NCBI GenBank assembly: GCA_963806485.1
Contig: CAWDXY010000004.1
Span: 893,349-957,348, forward strand
Direction of reading: 5' to 3'
From: an uncultured delta proteobacterium
Lineage (GTDB): Bacteria; Desulfobacterota; Binatia; Binatales; Binataceae
DNA length: 64,000 bases
Numbering within the stretch: the stretch's first letter is position 1; the number at the start of each line of letters is the position of its first letter. This document shows, piece by piece, positions 30,009-39,517 of the stretch. The notes under the pieces are model-generated. The model did not search any database. It was given only the letters and a program-made list of their open reading frames with translations, and had not been told where the DNA came from. Both the position numbers and the translations under genes were made by a program.

Positions 30009-30104
30009 CTAGATCTTTTCGCAACCGATCAAGAACAGATAGCAGAGACCTAGGCCGGCAAGCCCGAGCAGAAAAGTCCCTGGCAACCAAGTCCAAAGAT
30101 CCAT
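30009..30104 (-). CDS. conserved 31-aa hydrophobic mini-protein upstream of kdpF (copy 2)
   Basis: ORF MDLWTWLPGTFLLGLAGLGLCYLFLIGCEKI; LPGTFLLGL and CEKI-stop conserved with copy 1. Confidence 0.55.
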   Translation of the reverse strand: MDLWTWLPGTFLLGLAGLGLCYLFLIGCEKI

Positions 30105-30514
30105 AACGCCCTCCAATCGAGAAATCGGCAACTCGCTGTCTGTTGCCCGAATGACAACCGACGAAGCGACGCAGCCTGAACAGAGGGCGGAAATAGCAAG
30201 TTCGGTGCTGACTGAAACATCGAGGAACGACGCCGACCTTTAAAATGTGAAAAGTCGTGGGTGCTCAGCGCGCGTCGAGCAGGTGCTGAAGTAAGGATCA
30301 CTCTAAGAGGTCGTCGGATTTCAAAATGAAACTTTTACCCGAGCTGATCTTGAAGAAGGTCGAGTTGGTCGGGGCCGACGACCGCCTATTTTGTTATGTT
30401 GAACCCTGTACTGATGAGTCCGGGTGCGGAAGGAATCGATAAGACTTAGGCGCTCGAGACTACTAGTACCCATTCGAGAATGTCAGCGAGGACGAATCGC
30501 ATCTTCATTTTATT

Positions 30515-30829
30515 TCATCGGACACTGCTGGGTTGCCGCACGGATGAGTCAGAATCCTCATCGAACTTGAAGATTCCGATGCTTTCTGGTTGGACTTTCT
30601 CGAGAACAGCGTGAACGGTGGGTTTGGTTTGCTCGTCAAGGACCGCGAATTCCACTTTGATCGTCGATCCCGTGACCGATTTGTGCTCTCCACTTATAGA
30701 GAGTCGTTGGTGATCGCAGAGTCTGGTCTTTGGCACAGACAAATCAAATCCAAAGATTCCGAGGTTCTTTGCGCATCGGTGGAAGTCGTCGAGAGCCGAG
30801 CGCGCGATAATCGCTTCTATTCTCTTCAT
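30515..30829 (-). CDS. PII-like (GlnB-fold) signal-transduction protein, divergent family
   Basis: MKRIEAIIARSALDDF... N-terminus and overall ~105 aa matching the P-II double beta-alpha-beta pattern, T-loop divergent. Confidence 0.55.
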   Translation of the reverse strand: MKRIEAIIARSALDDFHRCAKNLGIFGFDLSVPKTRLCDHQRLSISGEHKSVTGSTIKVEFAVLDEQTKPTVHAVLEKVQPESIGIFKFDEDSDSSVRQPSSVR

Positions 30830-31276
30830 ACAGGTCGATTGGTTGCCGAGATCCTTTATCGTGAGAGGAGCAGGAACTATGCCTTAGACCGAAGTCAGCC
30901 AATATCAAGTGCTTTTCTCTGCTAAGCCGTTGTCCCACCTCGAGCGTGAAACCCAGGCATTTCAGCGTGAAATCAAATCGGGGTCTTTGCGAGGCGAGTT
31001 CGGCTGATCGCAAATTGACTGCGAACCTATCACCAGGACCGCACCTCTGAGGTTGCGGCCCCACGAGCACCGACCTTCAAGAACTGTCGCGTTACCTGGT
31101 ATATGCGACCGCCATTTCAAAATGAACGATGGACGCTATTCAAAAAGAAATCGCGTGTGCGCAGAGTAAACCACAACTCAAGCAAATCGCAGCTTTTTTC
31201 GAACGGCACACGCTATGCAGATGAATTACAGACGCCGATGCCGCTTCCGAGGATGCGGCAGAGGCCGGGAGAAGTG

Positions 31277-31633
31277 ATGAAGCGAATTGAATTAGTAATT
31301 GAACCATCGGCGCTCGACCGTTTCATAGAGGCCGCGCAAGTGATGAATTTGTCTGACTTTGACGTCACTGAAGTTCGCCGCTCGCCGTCGCACGATCGGC
31401 GAGAACGCCAGCGACTATACCGAGGTCAAACGTTCATCATCGATCTCGAAGAGCGGATCAAAGTCGACATCAACGTAGCTGACGAAGCAGCGAGCAGAAC
31501 CGCGCATGTATTAGTCGCGAGGGTCAATCCTGAAAGCGTCTCGATTCTTAGGCTCGACCAGGTGACTTTGTTCGAAGGTTCCGAGCCGATCAGAGTTACA
31601 GCTTCGTCCCGCGGGGCCGACGTTGCAGCATAG
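31277..31633 (+). CDS. PII-like (GlnB-fold) signal-transduction protein, second paralog (start at internal Met of ORF 31103..31633)
   Basis: MKRIELVIEPSALDRFIEAAQ...LYRGQTFIIDLEERIKVDINVAD parallels GlnB LYRGAEYMVDFLPKVKIEIVV. Confidence 0.55.
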   Translation: MKRIELVIEPSALDRFIEAAQVMNLSDFDVTEVRRSPSHDRRERQRLYRGQTFIIDLEERIKVDINVADEAASRTAHVLVARVNPESVSILRLDQVTLFEGSEPIRVTASSRGADVAA

Positions 31634-31906
31634 CGTCCGGAGGAACGAAGCCTATCTCTCCGAGAGATCAGCGGGTTTCTCAACACGCCCGTTCAACGCT
31701 TCCTGTTGAGCCAAGCTTTTGCTCGGTCACGACGGCTTATTAAGATGCCAGCGGTTCTCATAATATTGGCGGTTTTGATCGTAGTCGCCCTCTACTTTGA
31801 TCGAGGAGAGAAGCACGGCGATACGCAAGACGACGCTAAGGAGACGAATCCCTCAAACATATTGGATCCGCCGCGCTGATGCTGCTTTCGTAACGCTGCC
31901 GTTGAG

Positions 31907-32545
31907 ATGCATTCTGGTTACGACGGACCAAGGTTTACTATGAAGCCAAACCCTATGGTTCAGTACCCTTTCCTGGGCGGCTTTCTCGGCGCCAAGCTGG
32001 ATGGGATCTCGCTCATCCAAGTGCATCCGCTTGACCCATATACTCTTGTCAATCTGCAGCCGTCTGATCCGCCTGCCGCCGAGCCGAAGCACGCAAGGGT
32101 TCCTTCATCCGCAACCCGACAAAATTCGAGCCGCACCAGGGAAAGACCGGCCTTCACAGCCGAGGAAACGCGGCACCATTTCGCGATTGAAGCATTGGAC
32201 AAGTCCGGACCATTTCGGCCGCAGCCATATATGTACACCTGCGTCCGATGCAAATGGATCTTTCGCATCAACGATTCGCGCGGTTCCGTCATAGCTCTGG
32301 ACGGGTTGGGCAGGCGTCTGCTCGAGCCTGAAAACGCAAAGCGGGTCGTGACCTTTCACCGAGGACCGTGTCCTGCCTTTCCAGTCCGCGAGTACCTCCT
32401 ACCCGAGGTTGAGCGCGAAAATCGATTTCGTCGATATATTTCAAGAATTGTCGAAGTACTACGCGGCGTCACCGTCAGACATCGAAGCCGCACTAGCGAG
32501 CAGGAAACGACCCGGCTTGAGAACCAGGAACGCCTCAAGGTCTGA
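31907..32545 (+). CDS. hypothetical protein
   Basis: 212-aa ORF, no recognised motif (one CxxC pair). Confidence 0.3.
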   Translation: MHSGYDGPRFTMKPNPMVQYPFLGGFLGAKLDGISLIQVHPLDPYTLVNLQPSDPPAAEPKHARVPSSATRQNSSRTRERPAFTAEETRHHFAIEALDKSGPFRPQPYMYTCVRCKWIFRINDSRGSVIALDGLGRRLLEPENAKRVVTFHRGPCPAFPVREYLLPEVERENRFRRYISRIVEVLRGVTVRHRSRTSEQETTRLENQERLKV

Positions 32546-32555
32546 AAACGTAGCC

Positions 32556-33026
32556 TTAGGCAGCGCGGCCTGCCTTTTCGTGATCAGCATTACCGGCACG
32601 CAGTCGGCTCGCCAGTTCTAGCGCGATTCTTCGCCACAGTCGGGGGTATTCGTCGGCAACCGCCGAAAAGTCAGGTTCAGCGATCCTGGCTACTACAGAA
32701 TCAGAAGTAGCGGTGACCGAAGCCGATCGGGGCGTAAATGGATCGACAACGGCCATCTCGCCGACGTGCTCACCGCCTTTTTTCCAAGCCACGATGCGTC
32801 CGTCGATCGTAATCGAAAACCTGCCACACAGGATCAGGAAAAGATCTGTATCGGATGCACCCTGCTCTACTAGATTCGTTCCGGCGCGTACCTCTTCCAA
32901 TTTTAAGTGCCGTTCGACGACGACGGCTAGTTCCTTGTCGCGGATCAGCGGCTGGGAGATCAACGCGTCAATGAGACGCAATTTTCCGTCCGCGCCCTGG
33001 AACGATTTCAACAGGGATTCTTTCAT
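32556..33026 (-). CDS. cyclic nucleotide-binding (CAP effector-type) domain protein
   Basis: FLILCGRFSI...GEMAVVD...RSASVTATSDSVVARI fits the cNMP-binding beta-roll pattern (G-E-x-A-L ... R-S-A-T-V). Confidence 0.6.
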   Translation of the reverse strand: MKESLLKSFQGADGKLRLIDALISQPLIRDKELAVVVERHLKLEEVRAGTNLVEQGASDTDLFLILCGRFSITIDGRIVAWKKGGEHVGEMAVVDPFTPRSASVTATSDSVVARIAEPDFSAVADEYPRLWRRIALELASRLRAGNADHEKAGRAA

Positions 33027-33353
33027 GATTCCCTCATCTTCTCCCGTGGATGTTTTTGTTCTCCAGTGGATGTTTTGTTTGTTGACGATTGAAGGAGAAC
33101 CTGCAGTTTCTTATACCGCGTTGAGGTCTATCGCTGTTTCGTTGGAAGCGACCTCGCCATCTAACTCCGCATTAATCGTGCCGAACGGGGAGCCAGAGGA
33201 AGGACGAGCTTTTCGCTAGCCAAAAGCTCGACACATTTCAAATTGAACGGCGCTGACGATTTGATTTTGAAATGCCGCTCTTCTTGCCGCTCGAAAAAAT
33301 CGTTGACTGTCATGATAGTTGGTGACGGCACAGTTAATGCTGAATAGCAGCGC

Positions 33354-33824
33354 ATGGCCAGCATCGTTATATCCAGGTCGCGTTCACGCGCTGACTCGGT
33401 TGGCCAGAGAGATTTGAGGCTGGTCTCGAGTGGTGGTCTAAACGACCTCGTTGTCACTCGAGCTTCAGAGCAATCCGCAAAGACTGCTGTGATCGCCTGT
33501 TTGATAGGCCGCGATCCTGACAACAGCGAACTGCTCCATAAAGCCTCGGCCGCTGCTCGCGAACGTGACGGCGAATTCTACATCGTTCTGGCAGATTCGC
33601 CGCGCACCCGATTTGGAAAGGCACAGGTTCGCGCTCTAATCGAAGTCGCGCTCCTTGCGAGCACCCTTGGCGCGAAAGTCGTGTGGCTCGAATCGTCCGA
33701 CAGAGTCCGCGATCTAGTCAAGTTAACGCGTCAAATTGCACATCGACCGGATCTTCGTTCATCGAAGTCGGCCGGCTCTGTTCTCTCGGCTATTCCGGGT
33801 GCACAGTTTATTCCGGTCTGCTGA
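33354..33824 (+). CDS. stand-alone universal-stress-protein-like domain protein resembling the Usp region of KdpD
   Basis: AVIACLIGRDPDNSELLHKASAAARERDGEFYIVLADSPRTRFGKAQVRALIEVALLASTLGAKVVWLESSDRVRDLVKLTRQ parallels E. coli KdpD ILLCIGHNTGSEKLVRTAARLASRLGSVWHAVYVETPALHRLPEKKRRAILSALRLAQELGAETATLSDPAEEKAVVRYARE (from memory). Confidence 0.45.
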   Translation: MASIVISRSRSRADSVGQRDLRLVSSGGLNDLVVTRASEQSAKTAVIACLIGRDPDNSELLHKASAAARERDGEFYIVLADSPRTRFGKAQVRALIEVALLASTLGAKVVWLESSDRVRDLVKLTRQIAHRPDLRSSKSAGSVLSAIPGAQFIPVC

Positions 33825-33899
33825 GCCGCGTACAAGGGATCCGTATCGACGTTGTTGGGTTTTGAACGCGGGCGATGATTTCAGGAAAAGAGGAGGACG

Positions 33900-34904
33900 G
33901 TGGACGAAGAACGCATAGCCCTGGATCGTCCGATGCCTCGTCTCATTGACGATTTTGCTCCGCTGCTCGAATCGAACGTACCGCTGATGCAGCGCTTGCT
34001 GGAGAAGGCGAAGCGCGCAGCGGCCAGCGACGAGACGATCCTTCTCACCGGCGAGAGCGGTACCGGCAAAGGCGTCCTCGCACAGCAGATCCATAAATGG
34101 AGTCGACACGCCGTAGGTCCTTTCGTTACTGTTAACTGCACGCGTCACTCCGAACATCTTCTCGAAAGCGAGTTGTTCGGTCACATGCGGGGCGCGTTCA
34201 GCGGTGCCGTGAAGGACAAGCGCGGAGGGCTCGAAGCCGCGCACGGCGGCTCGGTCCTGCTCGACGAAATCTCAGATCTGACCCTTCCCCTTCAGCGCAA
34301 GCTCCTGCACTTCATCAAGGAACAGAGCTTCGAGCGGATGGGGAGCGAAGCCACGATTAACGTCGATGCTCGGATGATTGCTGCGTCCAGCCGCGATCTG
34401 GCAGCGGAAGCCGCGGCACGGCGATTCCGTGACGATCTTTACTATCGACTGAGTGTAATCACTTTGCGGGTTCCGACGTTGCGTCAACGTCAGGACGACA
34501 TCTTGCCTCTGGCAACGCGAATGCTCGCCAGCTCCGCTTTCCATCACGCTCGTCCAAGTCTGCGCCTTTCTTTCGAGGCGTCTACGGTGCTGCTCCGCTA
34601 TCGATGGCCGGGAAATATCCGCGAGTTGCGCAACGTCATCGACCGCGCTGTCGTTTTGTGCACGGGCGAGGTGGTAACGCTTGATCATCTTGCGGACGTT
34701 CTCAGTAATAGCCCTCGACCGCTCGCGACGACCACGCCGCCTTCGAGCCTCGACGACATCGAGCGTGAACATATCATCCGTGTTATGGCGGAAAGTCCGA
34801 CGCTAGAAACCGCAGCACACAGGCTGGGCATAAATATCACCACGCTATGGCGCAGGCGCAAACGCTACGGACTTGATTCGAGCCCCAACGTCCCGAGAAG
34901 TTAG
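33900..34904 (+). CDS. sigma-54 interaction domain transcriptional activator lacking a receiver domain (AAA+ + Fis HTH only); GTG start with GAGGAGG RBS
   Basis: GESGTGKG Walker A, GAFSGA loop, C-terminal HTH; ~60 percent identical to central/C-terminal part of RR 16609..17943. Confidence 0.85.
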   Translation: MDEERIALDRPMPRLIDDFAPLLESNVPLMQRLLEKAKRAAASDETILLTGESGTGKGVLAQQIHKWSRHAVGPFVTVNCTRHSEHLLESELFGHMRGAFSGAVKDKRGGLEAAHGGSVLLDEISDLTLPLQRKLLHFIKEQSFERMGSEATINVDARMIAASSRDLAAEAAARRFRDDLYYRLSVITLRVPTLRQRQDDILPLATRMLASSAFHHARPSLRLSFEASTVLLRYRWPGNIRELRNVIDRAVVLCTGEVVTLDHLADVLSNSPRPLATTTPPSSLDDIEREHIIRVMAESPTLETAAHRLGINITTLWRRRKRYGLDSSPNVPRS

Positions 34905-35008
34905 GGACCCCGGCGTTTAACTCCAGTCCAGAACTGTTGCACTGAAAAAAGTTAATTCCCCGTCGAGAGTCGGCCGCGGTGAGGCAGCCTCTCCGGCGAT
35001 TGAAATGA

Positions 35009-35250
35009 GTGCCCACTGAATGCCCACTCCACGCTCCTGGTGCGTAACACTAGGTGGCGTCGGGAACCAAAAAAACCCCGTTCTCATTAGCCGGCCGACG
35101 CTAGGGCTCTTGTTATACTGTGCAGAAGGGGATTTGAAGACCGGTGGGGCCACCGGGCCCCTTCCTCCTCCAGCCCCTTATTTATTAAGTACTTACGGCG
35201 ATGCGCACAACACTAGGGATCGCCTAAAGTGCCCACTTACTGCCCACAAT
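35009..35250. repeat. structured intergenic repeat element, copy A (8-mer direct-repeat pair TGCCCACTgaaTGCCCACT, ~100-nt variable spacer, conserved 59-nt hairpin/polypyrimidine module, second 8-mer pair)
   Basis: Module gatttgaagaccggtggggccaccgggccccttcctcctccagccccttatttattaag also at 58451-58509; TGCCCACTGARTGCCCACTCC also at 58328-58349 with the same ~100-nt spacing. Confidence 0.7.
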
Positions 35251-36065
35251 TTTCGGATTCGGATCCCTTATAAGCAGCAAGCCTGCCGCAGTTCGCCAAT
35301 TTCGAGCCACTCTACTCCATCCGACGCGCGATGGCAGTTCGGCTAGTTTTGATCCTTTCTCAGCCGCAAGAGCTGTTTGATATTTCTTCAGATGGAGTCA
35401 GCGACACGTCACGCGGTTCGAGCATTTGGCCCACATTCCTAAGCCCGACAACACATTCGAAGCAGGAACTGTTCGACGCAGCAGTGCAGGCTAGGATGAG
35501 CGATCTCGTCTGCCGCGAGTACAACTGTCACCGAGCCACTCGGTAGAAATCCTCGACCACCGCAACGCCGACAGCAGATAGTTCTTATCCCTACTATTTT
35601 CCCGAGCCTCTGAGCGTGCCGATCCGCGAATTGGCATTGTCGGTAATCGTGAGCGCTCTGTTTCGTGGTCACGCTTGGAGTAAAAGTCACCCAGATCGAA
35701 CAACCCATTGTGGCTGCGCAAAACTCCATCCCGTGTGAGATTCCGGGTTGCGGCATTTACTGTACGCTGAAGAGCATGAGTCGACCGATCGCGCTGGATA
35801 GTGCGGGTAGCTGGTATTCGCCATGTAGATTTTTGCGGGTGATGGCAACTACGCCAAAAACGCGTTTTTCCGAATCGCCGATAGCGAACATCAACTGCCC
35901 AGATTGACGAGCACGAGCGGGAGTCGTGGCGTCTGAATCAACTCGTCTATTTCATCACACCCTACTCGAAGTGGCCCAAAATCTTACGCGAAATTGAATT
36001 TTGAGTAGGCACAGGCGCACGCGAATCACTTTCGATATCTCAGAAATAGCCGATGTTGCCCCGCC

Positions 36066-37774
36066 CTAGGCAACGCGATGACTAGTCCGACGATTTACAG
36101 AGCCTGCGAGCAGCCCGCGCACGCAAATCGCGCCACGCCAAAAGGCATTGTTGTCCCGACAGGCCGACCGAGTCGCTACGGCACCGAAATCGGCGAAAGG
36201 ACAACACCACTGGTCGGGAAGGCGACTACGATTGGCTTTCCGGTCGTCGTGCTGGCCGCCGAAATTATTCGACGGCGGATTGAAATTCAGGTTTCCGGGA
36301 ACTGGGGTCGCGGTCGGAGTGGGGGTCGGTGTCTTTCTGGGCTTTGGCGTCTTTGTGGTTATCGCGGTCGCCGTGGGCGTAGCCGACACGGTCGGGGTTG
36401 GCGTTGTCGAAGTCGCGGTCGCTGTGGCAGTTGCGGTCGGGGTTAGCGTTGTCGAAGTTGCGGTCGCTGTGGCAGTTGCGGTCGGGGTTCGCGTTGTCGA
36501 AGTCGCCGTAGCCGTCGCGGTCGGCGTAGCCGACCCGGTCGACGTTGTCTTCGCGGTGGCGGTCGCGGTAGCTGTCGGCGTGGCCGTCGCGGTCGCTGTG
36601 GGAGTGGCCGACCCGGTCGCGGTTGCGGTCGGCGTGGAAGTGGGTGACGCAGTCGAACTGGATGTTGAGGTTGGTGTCGCGGTCGCTGTGGCAGTCGCGG
36701 TCGCCGTTGCCGTCGAGGTGGCAGTTGCGGTTTGAGTCGCGGTCGCGGTCGGCGTCGCAGTTGGCGTGGCGGTCGGCGTGGCAGTAGGCGTCGGGGTCGG
36801 CGTAGGCCCGGGAACCACGCCGTCGAACTCGAACGCGCCGATGTCGCAGGCGCTGTCGAGCGCGGGTCGCGGCGCGCCGCGCTGGTCGGTGGCCGGGCAA
36901 TTGGCAGCTGGGATCGCCTCGATCGCAAAACTGGGTGAATCAAGCGCGATGGTCTCGGTTGGTCCCAGGTTATTTGCGAGGCCGGCGGCGAGGTTCAGAT
37001 TAGCGTCAGCGACGCTATCGCCGATCGCATCGCCGTTGGCGGCCGTGCTGCTCCCGAAGCCGCAGGAAGCGTCATCCGAGATATTGTCGCCGCCATTGGT
37101 GACAGTCGGCGTCGCCGACCCTGAGCAGTTACCGCCCGAAGTGCTCTTCGCCAATATGCTGTTGGTGATAGTTGTCGTGCCTTCATTGTAGATGCCGCCA
37201 CCAAGTCCGCTCGCCGAGTTGCCGGAGAAGGTGCTGCTGTTGAGAGTCAGCGTGCCGCCGAGAGACTATTGTAGATGCCGCCACCGAAAAGGATCGCCGT
37301 CGAATTGCTGGAGAAGGTGCTGTTGGTGACCGTCCGCGCGCCTCCCTCACTGGCGATGCCGCCGCCATCATCGCCCGACGAATTGCCCGAGAAGGTGCTG
37401 TTGGCGACTGTCTGCGTGCCTCCAACAGTGAAGATGCCGCCGCCAAGCTGGCCCGCCGAGTTGCTGTAGAAGGAGCTGTTGGTGACCGTCAGCGTGCCGT
37501 CATTAAGGATGCCGCCGCCCGGGCCAGCCGCCGAGTTGCCGGAGAAGGTGCTGTTGGAGACCGTCAGCGTGCCGCTGCTTGAGCTGCTTGAGATGCCACC
37601 GCCGAATCCTGATGTATTATTGCCGTGAGCAATCGTCAGCAGGTTTACAGTCAGAGTGGCGCCCGTATTCACCACCAAAACACCGAGCAACGCCGGTCCG
37701 GCAGTCGGCCCCTGAAGTAGAATGTAGGCCACGACCGTTCGAACATCGCCCCCTCGGATCGTGCCCGGACGCAA
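36066..37774 (-). pseudogene. degraded paralog of the beta-helix / TP-linker adhesin-like family (frame break ~37155-37260, no signal peptide, aberrant C-terminus)
   Basis: ORF 37247..37774 encodes beta-helix rungs (TLTVSNSTFSGN, TLTVTNSSFYSN) and ORF 36066..37154 the TPTATPTAT linker, in different frames; C-terminus lacks choice-of-anchor-D domains. Confidence 0.6.
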
Positions 37775-37865
37775 TCAACTCGCCGACCGCCATCCCGACC
37801 GCGCCCGCCACGCGTGCGCGATAGCCCTCGATATCGAGCCCCGATTTCCCCCACTCGATGCGCTC

Positions 37866-38486
37866 CTATCGTTCATACCTGCAGCCTTCCGGTAAACACT
37901 TCAAATGTGTGCATCGTCGGCCGGTTCCGCTCCGAGTTGAGGTTGATTTATCAAGCGGCTGGGAGGATTCATTGATTGATCCATTTGATTCGGCTGCAAC
38001 AGCTATTGCAGGGGGTTGCGACGCTCGGTTGCCGGGGGATGCGCCTCCGCCTTGCAGAGGGGCGGAAAATTTTGCAGGGGAGCGGCAATTCTTGCCGGAC
38101 CGCCCCGAGTTGTCTGGCACGAGGGTGACCCGATATAGGTTCGTTCCTTTGACGCCCTCGCCGATGAAAACGTCGAGCTCGCCGAGCACTTCGCTCTTGC
38201 GAATCAAATACCGGACGTTCCGCTGCGAGAGCCGGGTTTCAGCCGCCAGTCGGCGCACACTGTACCAGCTATAGCCGTTACCATCGGCATGATTCGCCAG
38301 GAGCAACATCAGCGTGTAGCCCGAGCCTTTTTGCTTGGACCTTTGGACCACCGCATTAGTCGCCTCCCAGCTCATCCGCACCCCATTGCATCCGTCCGTG
38401 CCACACCATGAGCCGGCCCGGCGTGTCTCGCCCCGTTCGCGGCGACCCGCCGTCGCGGCCCGCAGTTCAAAACGGCATCGCGCCAA
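37866..38486 (-). CDS. helix-turn-helix domain protein of mobile-element type (probable start at internal Met MSWEATNAVV)
   Basis: GYTLMLLLANHADGNGYSWYSVRRLAAETRLSQRNVRYLIRKSEVLGEL winged-HTH-like segment common in phage/plasmid replication/regulatory proteins. Confidence 0.4.
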   Translation of the reverse strand: MARCRFELRAATAGRRERGETRRAGSWCGTDGCNGVRMSWEATNAVVQRSKQKGSGYTLMLLLANHADGNGYSWYSVRRLAAETRLSQRNVRYLIRKSEVLGELDVFIGEGVKGTNLYRVTLVPDNSGRSGKNCRSPAKFSAPLQGGGASPGNRASQPPAIAVAAESNGSINESSQPLDKSTSTRSGTGRRCTHLKCLPEGCRYER

Positions 38487-38863
38487 GGCGTTGCCCCCAG
38501 AGAATTGAGCGTCGCAACCTCACGCATTTTCTTCGAGCGCCCGGCGCGGCGCGAGAATCCGTCTGCCGATGCGAACCTTGGGCAAATCGCCCCGCCGCGC
38601 CGCGCGGCGTATGCGCTTACCTTCGAGATTCCCAGAACCTCCGCGCATTCCTCGACGGAAATAATCAAGACATTTGGTTTCGAGATAGGGAAGGGCGCGG
38701 AGCGTTTCCCTGACGACGCGGTCTCGGGGTCCAACTTTCCCGGTGAGCTCCTTTCTTCCTGGCGTCAGGCTATCGCCTCGATGCGCAGCGCCACCGCGCT
38801 CTGGCAAACGATCGCGGAGGCCCGCAACTATGGGGATGAGAGCGCCTTAAGCCGCTATGTGAA

Positions 38864-39517
38864 ATGGGACCTTGCACGGGGGGCAGCGTCAGTGTCTCCA
38901 ATCGCGACCCAACTCTCTGGCGCGGAGGCGCCTCTGCGAGGTCTTGGCTGGGCCGAGTCGACGCGCGTCGCGCCTTCGGAGCCTTCAGACGCGGGGAGTT
39001 GATTCGCCCAGCACAGGAGTTCCTGCGCGAGGAGCTGCTGGGACGTTTGGCCGGCTCGCTTTCGGCCCGAGTTGATTGGGCCGATTGGAACACGGCAAAC
39101 TCGAAACTCGTCCGCTCGCTCAGGCCAAATAGTCTTCTCGCTTTGCTGTGGCTTCAGTTCGCCGACGCTCTCACGGGTGCAACCGAGTTTCGCCTCTGCA
39201 AGCGCAAAGGCTGCGGAAAGCTGATCCGGATTTCCCGCGAAACTGGCGGATCGCGGACGAATAGGCAGACCTGCTCGGATAGCTGCAAGGTTCGGCTCTA
39301 CCAGGAACGCGTCCGGACCGTCATCAAATTTTTCGACCAGGGGAAAGCTCCGGAGGAGATAGCGAAGAGCCTTAAGACGGAACTATCAACTGTCCGCGGA
39401 TGGATCGCGCGCGAGTTGCGCACGCGCGGGGAAACGATCGCCGTCGTTTCGGACCGCCTCTTCGTGAAGCCCGGCGAGGTCCGCGGGCTTCTGCAGGCGA
39501 AGGCAACCCGACAGTAG
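38864..39517 (+). CDS. hypothetical protein with C-terminal zinc-ribbon-like CxxC...CxxC (possibly frameshifted with ORF 38505..39002)
   Basis: CKRKGCGKLIRISRETGGSRTNRQTCSDSCK. Confidence 0.3.
   Translation: MGPCTGGSVSVSNRDPTLWRGGASARSWLGRVDARRAFGAFRRGELIRPAQEFLREELLGRLAGSLSARVDWADWNTANSKLVRSLRPNSLLALLWLQFADALTGATEFRLCKRKGCGKLIRISRETGGSRTNRQTCSDSCKVRLYQERVRTVIKFFDQGKAPEEIAKSLKTELSTVRGWIARELRTRGETIAVVSDRLFVKPGEVRGLLQAKATRQ

Noticed and set aside
35131-35189. tRNA-like T-arm (GGTCTTCAAATC on the minus strand) in the repeated element; also TTCGAATC at ~6525
   Set aside because: Flanking sequence cannot form the T-stem or an acceptor stem; 6525 is inside a coding frame; no cloverleaf could be folded by eye
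35020-35346. ORFs 35020..35346 and 58453..58839 sharing the peptide GGATGPLPPPAPYLL
   Set aside because: The shared peptide is simply the translation of the conserved non-coding repeat module; frames are not otherwise conserved
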